The notes: generated by a model from the sequence alone, not told the origin. DNA of 64,000 nucleotides from Candidatus Zixiibacteriota bacterium (GCA_037441845.1 JBBIRK010000006.1:96001-160000), one strand, 5' to 3'. Positions 28,524 to 40,193 are shown, counted from the first letter of the stretch. Made by a program: numbers and translations.

Positions 28524-29717
28524 TCAAAGCGCCATACGGAATATTTCGATTATTCCCGCCTTGTCGATCGGCCTCGGATTATCCAGAAAGCTTTTGCCTG
28601 CGCCGTAAATCCTGATCGCATCGTCGGCCATCCGTTCGAATTTTCCATCACCGATGCCGAGATCGGAAAAGTGTAGATGTCGATCGATCGTCACCAAAAA
28701 TCCGATCATAGCCTCTATGGATTGAGCGGCCGCGTGTTCCATATGCTCGCTTTCGAATTTCAAACCGAACACGTTGATTCCCATTTCAATATATTTCTCC
28801 GGTCGGGCTGCCGCAGTGTATTTCATGAGAGGCGGCAGTAGAAGCGCCAGGCCCCGCCCGTGCGAGATATCGTAGTGTCCGGAAACGCAATGTTCGAGCG
28901 CATGCAGCGGATAAGAACCTCCGCGACCCAAGTTGACCACGCCCGATAAAGCCACCGTCGAGCACCACGATAGATGCGTCCTCGCCTCCAGATCTCCGGG
29001 GTTCTTGGCTGCTTTCGGCAGATAGTTGATGACCGTTTTGATGATCGATTCGGAAAATCTATCCTGTAGATAGGAGGTGCTGGTCCCGGTGAAATATGTC
29101 TCGATCACATGCGAGATGATATCTATCCCACCGTCGAGAGTATATTCGAGCGGACAGGATATCGTAAGTTCGGGATCGACGATGGACAGCGTAGGGAACA
29201 GCGCCGGGGAAAAAAGGCCGGCCTTTTCGTTGGTGTCGTCGTTGGTGATCACACCGCCGCGGTTCGCCTCGGAGCCGGTGGCCGCTATTGTCGGCACACA
29301 AACGATCGGCAGTGCCTCGCGCACCGGAATATAAGTCTGACCCTCGCCCGAATAGATATGGTCCCAGACCGGTCGATTGGACTTGGCCACCGCCGCTATC
29401 CCTTTTGCCGCATCCATCGCCGAACCGCCGCCGAGACCGATAACGAAATCGCATTTTTCGGAGCGGACCACGCGTCCTGCCTCATCCACGGTTTTCGCCC
29501 GCGGATTGGGCTCGATTTTTTCGAAAAGCACTGGCGTAATGCCGGCGGATTTCAGCAGTTCAAGCACCCGGTCGAGTATACCCGTGCGGCGCATAGCCGA
29601 ACGCCCGGTAGCCAAGAGCGGCCGGCTGCCGATTTTCTTGCATTCCTTACCTAACTTTTCAAGCTGTCCGGCGCCGAATAATATCCTTGTTGGCAAATTA
29701 AATTCGAAATTGAGCAT
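28524..29717 (-). CDS. Iron-containing alcohol (butanol-type) dehydrogenase
   Basis: IEPNP, GGGSAMDAAK, ATGSE, HALEH, HGRGL. Confidence 0.93.
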   Translation of the reverse strand: MLNFEFNLPTRILFGAGQLEKLGKECKKIGSRPLLATGRSAMRRTGILDRVLELLKSAGITPVLFEKIEPNPRAKTVDEAGRVVRSEKCDFVIGLGGGSAMDAAKGIAAVAKSNRPVWDHIYSGEGQTYIPVREALPIVCVPTIAATGSEANRGGVITNDDTNEKAGLFSPALFPTLSIVDPELTISCPLEYTLDGGIDIISHVIETYFTGTSTSYLQDRFSESIIKTVINYLPKAAKNPGDLEARTHLSWCSTVALSGVVNLGRGGSYPLHALEHCVSGHYDISHGRGLALLLPPLMKYTAAARPEKYIEMGINVFGLKFESEHMEHAAAQSIEAMIGFLVTIDRHLHFSDLGIGDGKFERMADDAIRIYGAGKSFLDNPRPIDKAGIIEIFRMAL

Positions 29718-29896
29718 ATCTTCTCCCGTTGCTTTCAAATTATGGCTCAATTTATTCAAGCCGATTATCGGTTGCAAGCGGGGATTTTATCGATAATAGC
29801 ACTTTAAACAAGAGCAGCCGAGTTTCCCTATAGTCCTGACCTTCGAACCATTTATCGATCGAATCATCGAAATCAAATTACGCTTTCGCTTGGCTA

Positions 29897-30697
29897 TCAT
29901 AAATTTCCGGCCATTCCCCACCACATCCCTATCCCGGCCGCCACTGCGACATTGAGCGATTCGACTTTGCTGGTCTGTTCGATTCTCGCCAGATGATCTG
30001 CTGCTTTCCTGATTTCGTCACTGATTCCCCGAACCTCGTTGCCGAAAACCAGAGCCATTTTTTCTGTTTTGGGGATTTTCGACAAAGGCATTCGGGATTC
30101 CGCATCGAAAGCAATTATTTTGAAGTCACTCGGCAATAATCTGCGAAATTCGCAGGCCGAATCGGCCTCCCAAACGGGTATTGCGAACAGACCGCCTTGA
30201 GTGGCTCTGATCACTTTCGGATTATAGATCTCGGCGCAATCGTTCATACAGACGAATAAATCGAATCCGAATGCAGCCGCCGTCCGGATCATGGTTCCGA
30301 GATTGCCCGGGTCGGCGATACCATCAGCAACCGTGATTCTCGAAGCTCCGGCAAGCCTTTCGGCTATTGCGACCGGTTTCTTGACCTTGACCACAGCCAT
30401 GATATCCTGAGGAGTTTGCGAATCAGCCAGCCGGTTGAATTCCCTGGTTGCCAGGCTGTATATTTCGCCTTTGAATCCTGCCGGTATTGATTTCGCGGCG
30501 TCCGCCGAGGCTTTAAGGATTATTTTATCCACCTGCCAATCCGAATCGACTGCCGCCGCAACCGAATGGTCACCTTCGACCAAAAAAAGGCCATGTTCGC
30601 GGCGACATTTTTTCTGCTTGAGGGAATAAATCAGTTTGAGCTGCTTGACCGTCAATTTTGCAACCGTTCTTCCGCTCTTGATTTTGTCTCTGCTCAT
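29897..30697 (-). CDS. TrmH/SpoU-family RNA methyltransferase
   Basis: FLVEG, DPGNLGTMIRTA, GNEVRG, ESLNVAVA. Confidence 0.93.
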   Translation of the reverse strand: MSRDKIKSGRTVAKLTVKQLKLIYSLKQKKCRREHGLFLVEGDHSVAAAVDSDWQVDKIILKASADAAKSIPAGFKGEIYSLATREFNRLADSQTPQDIMAVVKVKKPVAIAERLAGASRITVADGIADPGNLGTMIRTAAAFGFDLFVCMNDCAEIYNPKVIRATQGGLFAIPVWEADSACEFRRLLPSDFKIIAFDAESRMPLSKIPKTEKMALVFGNEVRGISDEIRKAADHLARIEQTSKVESLNVAVAAGIGMWWGMAGNL

Positions 30698-30717
30698 CTG
30701 GTATATTTTATTGCAAA

Positions 30718-33336
30718 ATGAAAATCCCGGGCGTAATCTTTTTCATCCTTCTGCTCTTTATTATTTTCTGCGAGCTCGCCATATGCGATACCCTGATTAT
30801 AAGATTGGATAATCCCCCTTTTCAATCGGAAACGGCAGAGACAGACGGAATTTATGCCGGGCGGCTCAAAGACGGCATCGCTCTCGCCTTGTCCGGCGGC
30901 GGCGCGCGGGGATTGGCGCAGATTGGTGTATTGGAAGTTCTCACGGAAAACGATTTCCCGATAAAATTGATCGCCGGCACGAGCATGGGAGCGGTAATCG
31001 GTGGGTTGTATTGCGCAGGTTATTCGCCGCACGAGCTTCATCGGCTCGCCCTCTCGATCGATTGGTCTGAACTGTTTTCCTCCGCTCCCCTGAGATCGGC
31101 GATACTGGTTTCAGCCAAGGGGTGGCCGGAAAAAGCCTTATTGAAACTCGGAATCGAAAATTGGCGGCCGGTGTTGCCCAAAGCGATCACTTCCGCTCAA
31201 AAATTATCGAATCTTTTATCTCGATTGTGCTATCGCGCGGGCGTGAGAGCGAGCCTGAACTACGACCTGCTCGATCCCCCGTTCCGAGCGACCGCCACTG
31301 ATTTGGGAAGCGGCAGGCTTGAGATAATTTCGAGAGGCGACTTGGCCGAGGCTTTGAGGGCGGCCATGGCTTTTCCGGTCGGTTTCACGCCGGTCTTGTC
31401 CGATGGACATCTGTACGTCGACGGCGGTTTGGTCGATCCGATTCCCGTCGATATCTGTCTCGAGCTGTCCGGACGGCCGGTGGTGGCGGTCAACACAACC
31501 TCGCCTCTGCTTCCGATAGACGACATAGTTGACGCGATCGATATGGCCAATCAATCGACCACGGTGATGTCTTTGCCCCACTTGAGTCGTTCGCTCGAGC
31601 AATCCGATGTGGTAATCACGCCGGAAATCGGCTTTCACAAGGCAAGCGATTTCACCGAAATAGATCGGTTGATCGAGGAAGGCAGGCAGGCGGCACTGCG
31701 AGCGCTGCCTGCTATCAAGAGCGCTCTAATGAAGAAGGGGCGGCGGCAAGGTAAGCGCTTTTACGTAGCTGCTTCTGAAATCGAGGGCTTGAATTGGCTG
31801 CCTCGATCTTTTTTCGAGAGGCATCTCTCAATAAATGGATTAACGGACGAATTCGAAATAAAAGCCAGGCTTGAAAAGGTGATGGCCGGAGGTTATTTGC
31901 GCGATGCTCGAGCGGAAGTTGTGCTCGAAGGCGATACTGCGCGGGTTGTTTACCGATTGGAGGATTTTCCACGTATAGTGAATATCGATTTTGTAGGAGT
32001 CTCGCTTTTCGGTCGTCAAATTCTGCTCGATTCGCTCCAAACCAAGGTCGGGCAGGTGGCCGATATGAAGCGGCTCACCAAGGATTTACGCAGGATCGAA
32101 CGTCTTTACGCGGCGGCGGGATATTCGCTTGCCAGAGCCTGGCTGATCGATATCGACCGTCAGTCCGGCCGAGTGGTGATCGGAATCGACGAGGGAAAGA
32201 TAAACGGCATTCGTATCGAGGGGAACCGGCGCACGCGCGATTGGGTCATAATGCGCGACCTTCGTTTTCGCGTAGGCCATCATTTTTCGGAAAAAAAGGC
32301 GGAGAGAAGTATCGATGATTTATATGCCTCCGGACTTTTCGAGTCGGTCAAGTTGCTGGCCGAGCCAGATTCGGTGGGGATCAGGCTGGTTGTGAAAGTC
32401 GAGGAAAAATCATTCGATTATATCCGGGCCGGCCTTAGATACGACAATGAATATCATACGCAAGGTTTCGCCGACATCGTTTTTTCGAACATCATGGGGG
32501 CAGGCAACGAGTTCAATATATCGAATCAATTCGGCGAAAAAAAACAGGCCGTATGGTTGAATCTCAAAGCCGACCGCATTTTCAAAACCTACGTCACCTA
32601 CAGGACTTCGGTTTTTCATTCGATTTTCGACAGAAATTCATACTCCGACCACCGGCGTGTCGGTGAGTTCGATGAAACCTCAACCGGCGCGGAATTGGAA
32701 CTCGGTCAGCAGTTCCCCCGTCTGGGCAAAGTATCGGCAGTGCTGTCGTATTCGGGAATCAGGTTCGACTCGCCGCAACAGGATCGGCGATTCGAGAAGA
32801 TCGCCTCGGTTTCCTTTCGTTCTTTGGTGGATACGTTCGATGATATCCCGTTCACCAAAAAAGGAAAATATCATTATTTCGATCTCGAGTTCGCCGGCGA
32901 CCTGCTCGGCGGCACGCTGGTTTACACCCGATTCTATACGGTGCTCGAAGCGCATTATCCACTCGGCCGCAAAACGAATTTTAATCCGAGAATCGCCCTG
33001 GGCCTGTCGTATCGACGGCTGCCGTATTTCAAATATTTCGATCTCGGCGGACGCGACACGTTTTATGGTCTGTTCGATCACGAGATAATGGGGGAGAAGC
33101 TGCTGAACGGGAACCTGGAAATCAGGCAGGAACTTCTCGACGACCTGTTTCTTTCGGCAAGATACGACGTCGGCAACGTTTGGGATAAAAACGATTCGAT
33201 CAAGCCGCGCAGCTTACGGCATGGGGGCGGACTTTCCCTGGCAATCAGAACCCCCATAGGTCCGTTGGGAATTGCTTACGGCCGCATTGACAAGGGAGAT
33301 GACGCTGTATACTTCTATGTCGGCCATGATTATTGA
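30718..33336 (+). CDS. Patatin-POTRA-Omp85 barrel protein (PlpD-like, type Vd architecture)
   Basis: LSGGGARG, GTSMG, VDGG; POTRA repeats (IEGNRRTRD); C-terminal TPIGPL…YVGHDY. Confidence 0.88.
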   Translation: MKIPGVIFFILLLFIIFCELAICDTLIIRLDNPPFQSETAETDGIYAGRLKDGIALALSGGGARGLAQIGVLEVLTENDFPIKLIAGTSMGAVIGGLYCAGYSPHELHRLALSIDWSELFSSAPLRSAILVSAKGWPEKALLKLGIENWRPVLPKAITSAQKLSNLLSRLCYRAGVRASLNYDLLDPPFRATATDLGSGRLEIISRGDLAEALRAAMAFPVGFTPVLSDGHLYVDGGLVDPIPVDICLELSGRPVVAVNTTSPLLPIDDIVDAIDMANQSTTVMSLPHLSRSLEQSDVVITPEIGFHKASDFTEIDRLIEEGRQAALRALPAIKSALMKKGRRQGKRFYVAASEIEGLNWLPRSFFERHLSINGLTDEFEIKARLEKVMAGGYLRDARAEVVLEGDTARVVYRLEDFPRIVNIDFVGVSLFGRQILLDSLQTKVGQVADMKRLTKDLRRIERLYAAAGYSLARAWLIDIDRQSGRVVIGIDEGKINGIRIEGNRRTRDWVIMRDLRFRVGHHFSEKKAERSIDDLYASGLFESVKLLAEPDSVGIRLVVKVEEKSFDYIRAGLRYDNEYHTQGFADIVFSNIMGAGNEFNISNQFGEKKQAVWLNLKADRIFKTYVTYRTSVFHSIFDRNSYSDHRRVGEFDETSTGAELELGQQFPRLGKVSAVLSYSGIRFDSPQQDRRFEKIASVSFRSLVDTFDDIPFTKKGKYHYFDLEFAGDLLGGTLVYTRFYTVLEAHYPLGRKTNFNPRIALGLSYRRLPYFKYFDLGGRDTFYGLFDHEIMGEKLLNGNLEIRQELLDDLFLSARYDVGNVWDKNDSIKPRSLRHGGGLSLAIRTPIGPLGIAYGRIDKGDDAVYFYVGHDY

Positions 33337-33348
33337 TCGGCGGTCATT

Positions 33349-34233
33349 TCAAGACTGAAAGCTCTGCAGCCGCTTCAGCATATATTCGTGTAGATTGTTG
33401 ACTAAAGCGACGCCCGCGGCCACCAGACTTCCACCGATTACTATGCCGGTATAAAATGGCTCTCCTACGGCGACATGGCCGGTGATCACCGCCACCAATG
33501 GCGTCACGAATGCAATCATCGAAACCCGGGTCACGTTTTCGCTTTTCAGCAAATGATAATAAACGACGAACGCGACAGCCGAACCCAAAATCGATAGAAA
33601 CGACAATGAAATTATCGCCTGCGCCGTCCAATCAAATCCACCGACTCCTTCCATCAGATAGGCGAACGGTGCCAAACTTGTACCCGCCAAAAGCATCTGC
33701 CAGGCGGTCAGCTGGATCGGTTCCAATCCGGTGAGCCTCCTTTTGTGGATAATCGTCCCGATCGACGAAAAAAGCGGGGAAAACGCCGAACATATCATCG
33801 CATAGAAACCGAATCGGCCGTAAATACCGATATTATCTTTGAACAAATATACGATTCCTATAAAACCGACGACGATTCCGGCAATCTTTGTCGGATTGAG
33901 TTTGTCATCCTTTACGAAAAAATGGGCCAGCAATGCGGTATAGAAAGGCATTATCGCGAAAAGCACCGATGTCAGTCCTGAGGAAATATGCTGCTCCGCC
34001 CAGTATATCAGCACATAGGCAAGACAATACAAGCATAAGCCGCCTATAACCACATCCGCCCGAACGTAATTCAGCGGTCTCGGCTTTCCTTCGCGTAATA
34101 CCGCCACTCCCAAAAGAACGAGGCCCGCACATATGAAACGAATGGAAACCCCCCATAACGGGGGAATGCCGCTTAATCCGATTTTTATGGCCAGCCAGGT
34201 ATTTCCCCAGATAAGCGCCAGGATCGCCGTCAA
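33349..34233 (-). CDS. EamA/DMT transporter
   Basis: IWGNTW, about 10 TM helices in two repeats. Confidence 0.9.
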   Translation of the reverse strand: MTAILALIWGNTWLAIKIGLSGIPPLWGVSIRFICAGLVLLGVAVLREGKPRPLNYVRADVVIGGLCLYCLAYVLIYWAEQHISSGLTSVLFAIMPFYTALLAHFFVKDDKLNPTKIAGIVVGFIGIVYLFKDNIGIYGRFGFYAMICSAFSPLFSSIGTIIHKRRLTGLEPIQLTAWQMLLAGTSLAPFAYLMEGVGGFDWTAQAIISLSFLSILGSAVAFVVYYHLLKSENVTRVSMIAFVTPLVAVITGHVAVGEPFYTGIVIGGSLVAAGVALVNNLHEYMLKRLQSFQS

Positions 34234-34259
34234 CAGGCCGTTGAACAGGTGCCTATTGA

Positions 34260-34688
34260 TCAGTTCCAGACGCTCCTGAGAAACTCATTCAGCAGGCCGG
34301 CGTCCACGAAGTAATCCACGGCTTCCTCGGTGCTCGATTGGTCCATTCCCCAGAGAGAAACCACCCGCGCTTTTTTGTCGGTTTCGAGTTGTATGAAATA
34401 ACGGTCTTCATGGTTGTGATAGATCGGCAACGTCTTGAACAGGCGGGCCGCCGCGGCGTTCACACCGGGGCCGCCGATACATATAGTCGGGCAGACCTGT
34501 ATTATTTTATCTCCCTCATAAAGGGAATCGGAAATCACTATACATTTGCGGAAAGGCAATTTCCCATAGGCGGGATAGCTTTCGATTCGGCGTTTGAGTT
34601 TATAGGCGATCGGCCGATCTTTTTCCTCCGGCTTTATATCGGAGCCGACCACGATAAGTATCGTTTGATTGATATCCAATTCCTGCAT
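34260..34688 (-). CDS. Hypothetical protein
   Basis: Clean 142-aa ORF in the same-strand gene run; IGGPGVN motif. Confidence 0.7.
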   Translation of the reverse strand: MQELDINQTILIVVGSDIKPEEKDRPIAYKLKRRIESYPAYGKLPFRKCIVISDSLYEGDKIIQVCPTICIGGPGVNAAAARLFKTLPIYHNHEDRYFIQLETDKKARVVSLWGMDQSSTEEAVDYFVDAGLLNEFLRSVWN

Positions 34689-34790
34689 ATATCCCCAAGA
34701 TAACCCTCAATCGCGGCACCCTGATTCGACATTTCCCAGCCGCATAGCCGACGAACGTTCCCGATTGATCCGCGGTTCCCTGCGGGTCGG

Positions 34791-37385
34791 CTATTGATAA
34801 ACTTTCAATATCTGCCTGGCTTCCATATCTTCGGGATGATGCCCCATCCACCAGGTCAACAATTGCCGGCCTTTGTCCTTTTTGTTGGTGGCGGTGTATA
34901 GCTGCAACAGGAAACGGAAAGTCAGGCTGCTCGATGGGTCGAGCTTTAAGGCCGCTTCATACGCCTCTATAGCTTTCTCATAATTCCGATTGGCGAAATG
35001 CACTACTCCCAGAAATTGGCGATACAGCGTTATCTCCGGCCAGGTCTTGACCGCAAGTTCGAGATTTTTCACCCCGGTTTCGTAAGCTATCCGCGCACTG
35101 TCGGCATAGGCGCTGTCGGAATAAAGCATTCTTAAATCGACGAAAGTTTGATAGTAATACGGAAATTTCTCCACGCAATCCCAGTATGTTTGTTTCGCTT
35201 TTGTCGTATCCCCCGAATCCAAGTAATATTTTGCTAGATCGACGAACCTTTCCGGATAAGTCGTGGTCAACCCCACGTTGTTTTCGTCTTTGTAAATTCC
35301 CAAATCGCTGACCCCGCGGTAGCGATACATATCATACAGGAAAGAACGAGTGGCCTCGGCATCGATAGCAGGATTCGGTTTTTCCGGCATAATCTGCAGA
35401 ACCATTCCTTTTCTTAACGTGTAATCCGAAAGAATCCAGCGGTTCGATGTCGGCACCGAGGTCGAAAAATAGATCGGGTATTTCCATTTGTTGGCCCAGA
35501 CGATCCGTTCGATCATTTGATCCTGCACCCTGATAACATTACCGGTCTTGGAATCCTGAAACGGCGCCAAATATCTGTTGATTCCCCTTATCGGGTCATA
35601 ATAAGGTTTAATCGGGCGATAAATTATCACCTGCCCGCGACGATCGAACGGTTTCCAGAGTATCTGCTCGTCCTCGAGTTCCACCGGTACGTTCATGAAA
35701 TGTTTCAACTGGTAGATGTACCAATCGGTGTTTAATAACGACAGATTGACGACCCGCACGTCCTTGCGGACGCCTTCCACCTCTTGAAGGTACCATAGCG
35801 GAAAAGTATCGTTGTCGCCGTTGGTGAAAATAATCCCGTCTTTTTCGCAGGAATTGAGGATATTATAGGCGTAGTCAGGCGGCATATAATCGCCCGTGCG
35901 ATCGTGCGTCCGCCAGTGGTAGCTGGCGGTGTCGATCGGCAATAAAATCACGATGACCGCGGCGGCCGCGAACACCGCATTAGCCGCATTCCCGATTCGC
36001 CCTTTGAGCCAGTCTATTATTTTGCCGAGAATCACCGCCAAGCCGATTCCGATCAGTATCGCATAAGTCATGAAGCCTTGGGTCCAGAAATAGTCGCGGT
36101 CGCGCACCTCCAGATGATCTCCGCGGGTGCCGTCCGAAAAATTCAGGTACAAGATCAACCCGAGCGAGGCGATCAAGAATATCAGCGTAATCAGCGTTCC
36201 ATTATTGAAATTTCTCTTTATCGACCAGTAAATCCCCAGCAGGCCGATTATGAACGGCAAATAGCGCAACGCCCCCCAGTCCTTGTTGTTGTATTGATCC
36301 CGGAAATAGCCCCAGAACCCCATATGCGGATAAGCGCCGAATTGGTGGGCGAAACTGCCGCGCCGCTTGAACATTCTGGTCACCATCGATTCCTGACCAT
36401 ACTGCTTGCGCGCCATGTAGTCCTCGAACCGATTCAAGGTTGCCGGGTTATTCTCGTTGATCGCCGGATTTTGCGCCGCTCGTATGGGGATATAAAGATG
36501 GGTCGAAAATCCGGCCAGGGCCGCCACCAACAACGCAAAACAAAGTCCCCATGCGGCCTGAGTCTTTCCGGATGTTCGCAAAAACGCGATCAGGCAGATC
36601 ACCGCATAAAGAACAACCAGCGTGAGCCAGGTCAACGTAGGATAAGAATTGAGCCCCGGGAAAAACACGAATACCAAAAAGTGAAGCGGCATGGCGATCG
36701 AAAAAAGAATCCCCCAACAGATCCAAAATCGCCAATCTTTCAGTTTGTTGCTGTCAACGAGCATGAAATAGATAACCAGAGCCGGTGTTATGAGAAAAAC
36801 CGTCAGGTGGATTCCTATTGATAAGAACAGCAGATAAGATATCGCCACCAGCGCCAGATCGCCTCCGCCGAGCGGCTTTTTTTCAGCCCATTTGATAGCG
36901 ATAAAAGGAATCAGCAATGTCAGAAACGTGGCTAGGCTATAGACCTCGGTCTCGACCGTGTTGAACCAGAAAGTCGAAGAAAACGCCATAATCAGGCTGC
37001 CGCTCAGCCCGCCGATACATATCCCCAAACGCGCCAACAAGGTCTGCGGCTTGACCACGACCGCGGCGATTCGCACAATCAGCAAATAAGCCAATACCAC
37101 GGTTGCCGCCCCGGCAAGAACGGAAATGAAATTCGTATTTTGAGCAGGGGTCGGCATTATCCCCAGAAGCATGAAAAATTTGCCGATCAATATGAACAAC
37201 GGAGTTCCCGGAGGATGAGGGACACCCAAAATATAGGAACAAGCGATAAACTCGCCGCAATCCCAAAACGAAACCGTGGGAGCCATCGTTTTCAAATAGC
37301 ATATGAAACTTATCAGGAAAGCGATGATCGCCCCGGCATAAAAAATCAATCTGGCAAATTTCTGATTTTGCTCTTGATCGCCCAT
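34791..37385 (-). CDS. DUF2723 (TMEM260-like GT-C) membrane protein with C-terminal TPR
   Basis: PTVSFWDCGEFI…HPPGTP, EVY, RDRDYF, GDNDTFPLWY; TPR-like tail. Confidence 0.9.
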   Translation of the reverse strand: MGDQEQNQKFARLIFYAGAIIAFLISFICYLKTMAPTVSFWDCGEFIACSYILGVPHPPGTPLFILIGKFFMLLGIMPTPAQNTNFISVLAGAATVVLAYLLIVRIAAVVVKPQTLLARLGICIGGLSGSLIMAFSSTFWFNTVETEVYSLATFLTLLIPFIAIKWAEKKPLGGGDLALVAISYLLFLSIGIHLTVFLITPALVIYFMLVDSNKLKDWRFWICWGILFSIAMPLHFLVFVFFPGLNSYPTLTWLTLVVLYAVICLIAFLRTSGKTQAAWGLCFALLVAALAGFSTHLYIPIRAAQNPAINENNPATLNRFEDYMARKQYGQESMVTRMFKRRGSFAHQFGAYPHMGFWGYFRDQYNNKDWGALRYLPFIIGLLGIYWSIKRNFNNGTLITLIFLIASLGLILYLNFSDGTRGDHLEVRDRDYFWTQGFMTYAILIGIGLAVILGKIIDWLKGRIGNAANAVFAAAAVIVILLPIDTASYHWRTHDRTGDYMPPDYAYNILNSCEKDGIIFTNGDNDTFPLWYLQEVEGVRKDVRVVNLSLLNTDWYIYQLKHFMNVPVELEDEQILWKPFDRRGQVIIYRPIKPYYDPIRGINRYLAPFQDSKTGNVIRVQDQMIERIVWANKWKYPIYFSTSVPTSNRWILSDYTLRKGMVLQIMPEKPNPAIDAEATRSFLYDMYRYRGVSDLGIYKDENNVGLTTTYPERFVDLAKYYLDSGDTTKAKQTYWDCVEKFPYYYQTFVDLRMLYSDSAYADSARIAYETGVKNLELAVKTWPEITLYRQFLGVVHFANRNYEKAIEAYEAALKLDPSSSLTFRFLLQLYTATNKKDKGRQLLTWWMGHHPEDMEARQILKVYQ

Positions 37386-37516
37386 ACTCCTCCAATCGTA
37401 TCAAAACGTCATAATACCCATTTTCGTATCGAATGTCAATTGCGCAGAGATTGATTTTAGCCGATTAGGCAAGATTCTTTCGATCGGCGGAAATGCAATT
37501 CAAATGTCGGGCGGGA

Positions 37517-38025
37517 TCAAACGCTTGAGTTACCGGTTTTTGTCGAAACTATGGCTCTCTCCAGCGCCTCGGGTCGCTGCGATCCTATCAGGACTTTCTT
37601 CCCCTGGGTTAATTCCAACTGAACCCCTCGATTTCCTTGCACCGTGTTGGCCATGCCCCGCTTTATTCCCCAACGGATTCCCCAGCCGCCGTATTCCAAT
37701 ATCGGCCGATAATCGCGTGCCTTACGAGCCGCTATTTCATCTTTTTTAATGCGACGCCGATATATCGAAAAATATTGCACCGTCAATCCCTCGGCATCCA
37801 CAACGGTGGTCATCTTGACCGACAGCAAAAAAGCCGGTATCAGCAAGCCCCCGCTATGAAGTAGATCCAAAAACCTGTTTCCGATCCGGTCGCCGAAATT
37901 TCCGTGTCTTTAAGCAAAACCGCCTTGACAAAAAGATACCAGGCCAACGCAGCCATAATAACGATAATCAGCCAAATTCACCATTGCCGAGGCCTTTGAA
38001 TCTCCTTAAAAAAGGGCATTTGCAT
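37517..38025 (-). pseudogene. Disrupted DUF6141-like membrane protein
   Basis: MQMPFFKEIQRPRQW*IWLII… has an in-frame TGA at 37978-37980. A frameshift near 37850 joins it to …EYGGWGIR…GNRGVQLEL…LIGSQRP. Confidence 0.7.
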
Positions 38026-38109
38026 TCGACCGGTTCAGCATTGACTGCATCTATCATTCGCCGGATTGCATGAAAAGGATTTAATTCGGGTTTGGCCGCT
38101 TGCTGCGTG

Positions 38110-40170
38110 TCATTTCGCCAACGTCAGTTTCAACGTGCGGCTTTTATCGGCTATTTGCAGCCGGGCGAAATAGATCCCCGAGGGGTTATCGCCGGCCTCC
38201 CAGACCGCCCGATAGACCCCGGGTTGCCTGCTCTCATCGACCAGCGTCTCCACCTGCCGACCCAGAATATCGAATATCTCCAGTTTCACCGCCCCGGCGT
38301 TGTCGATTCCATACTCGAATGCAGTCGAAGAGTTGAACGGATTGGGATAGCATGATAAATTTAATGAATTCGGCAAGGCGGGAATCACATCACCTATGCC
38401 GGTTTCCGATAGATTCTCCACAGCAGTCAGAATACAATGATCGTTTACAACCAAATCGTCATCACCGTCCCCGTCGAGATCCGCCAGATCGGAGTAAACC
38501 AAAACCGGGCCGGTATAATCCGCAAAAACGCTCGGATCATATGAAAAAAACGGTGCCGATGGTGTGCCCATGTTTATGTATGCTCTGAACGAGCCGGCCG
38601 TTTGCCCCACGAAATCCACGAGTGCATCGTCATTAAGTTTGGCTTTTCGTACCCTGATGTTGACATCCCTTTCGATTCCCCTGATAAGGGCTGGATTAGG
38701 CGACCATTGCGGATTCCCGCCGCCGATATTTTCATAGCTTTGAAGCAGTCCCCATTGATTGCGAACGATCATATCCAAATCACCATCGCTGTCCAGGTCA
38801 ACCAGCTCCGGATAATGATTGGGCCCTGCATCATTTAATTGCTGGAAACAGGAGGAATTCAATGAATAGCTTGTTTCACCGATCGCAAAAGCTGCGCCAA
38901 GAAGTCCATAGCGTTCATAAGCAAGATCAGGAAGGCCGTCTCGATTTATATCGCCGGAGGTTGGAGACAAACTGCCATTCAAACCGAATCCCATTCCATT
39001 GTAGAGATGCGGCAGGATTGAAAATGGTCTGAAGTCGGGCGCGCCCATAGCGCCTTCGTTGATAAAAGCCATCCAATAAACATAATAATCCGGCCACATA
39101 AAATAGTTCGACAAAGTGAAAGTCTGCGCAATATCGAAAATGCCATCCGCTTGATGGTCCCATAAAGCCAGATCGTCGCCATGATTATGGATCGGTCCCA
39201 GCCAGACCACCGGGGCTCGGTAATTGGGAATATACATCGTGCCGATGTTTGGTATGGTTAACACACTCTTTTCCCGAAGCCCCAATATAAGATCTTTGTC
39301 CCAATCCCCATCGATATCGCCGCAACAGAGAAAAGGATGGATTCCGGCCTCGCGGCATTCAATCAATCTCGAGTGATTTATCGAAAAATCGGGATTTTCG
39401 CTGGACCCATTATTCAAGAATATGTCGAGTATATATAGAGGATTATCGAATTCAAGCCATAGCCTGATTATATCGATGACTCCGTCATTGTTTAAGTCCG
39501 ACGCCTCGAATTGGGGATAATTGTATGCGACCGGCAGCGCCGCCGATACCAACGAATCGTATTGCCAGAAAGCACTATCTATGCTTCCCGCATTGCGATA
39601 TAGATTGCAAGTCCACGGATACTCCCCCCAGCTCCAGGCGATAATGTCCCAATCCCCATCATTTTCCCAATCAACGAATCTCGGCGCGACAATCGACCAA
39701 GTGGGCATATTATAAAAACTGTTAATCCGAACCCAGTTGGGTTGCCAGGATGTACCGACGTTTCTGAATACGAAAATTGAATCGAATCCCGTTTCGTAAT
39801 CAGCCGTGTCCCGCCTTTGTATTACCAGCTCCACCTGGCCGTTGTTATCGAAATCCCCCATTACCGGCATCAGGGCCCAGCCCGGGAAGTTTATCTGAGC
39901 AAAATAACTGGTATCCTGCCGCCAGCGCCGAATTTCCGGGTAGCCATCGTTGTAATACAGCCAGATTTTGCCCTGCCGATGCCCGATAAGCAGGTCCTGA
40001 TCGCCGTCGTTATCGACGTCATAGAGATAAGGAGCATTGACACCAGGCGCCTTGATTCCGCTCGGATTTAGTAAATCCTCGTTTACCCGCCACGTCCAGT
40101 GTGTCTGGCCGAATGCAAACGAAAACGCATATAGCCCGAACGCCGTTATAGGAATATGTTAGATTTTCAC
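38110..40170 (-). pseudogene. FG-GAP/VCBS repeat protein with T9SS-type C-terminal domain; nonsense codon at codon 4
   Basis: GGAGG, then GTG AAA ATC TAA, then an uninterrupted frame: signal-like AFSFAFG|Q, repeated DxDxDGDxD, CYPNPFN…SGIYF…KLTLAK. The ORF-track start at 39870 is internal. Confidence 0.75.
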
Positions 40171-40193
40171 GCCCTCCGATTATATGCCATTAA

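Noticed and set aside
37978..37980. In-frame TGA at a likely Trp position as evidence of recoding or selenocysteine
   Set aside because: TGA terminates many intact genes here, the same gene also has a frameshift, and the context is not a Cys/Sec site.
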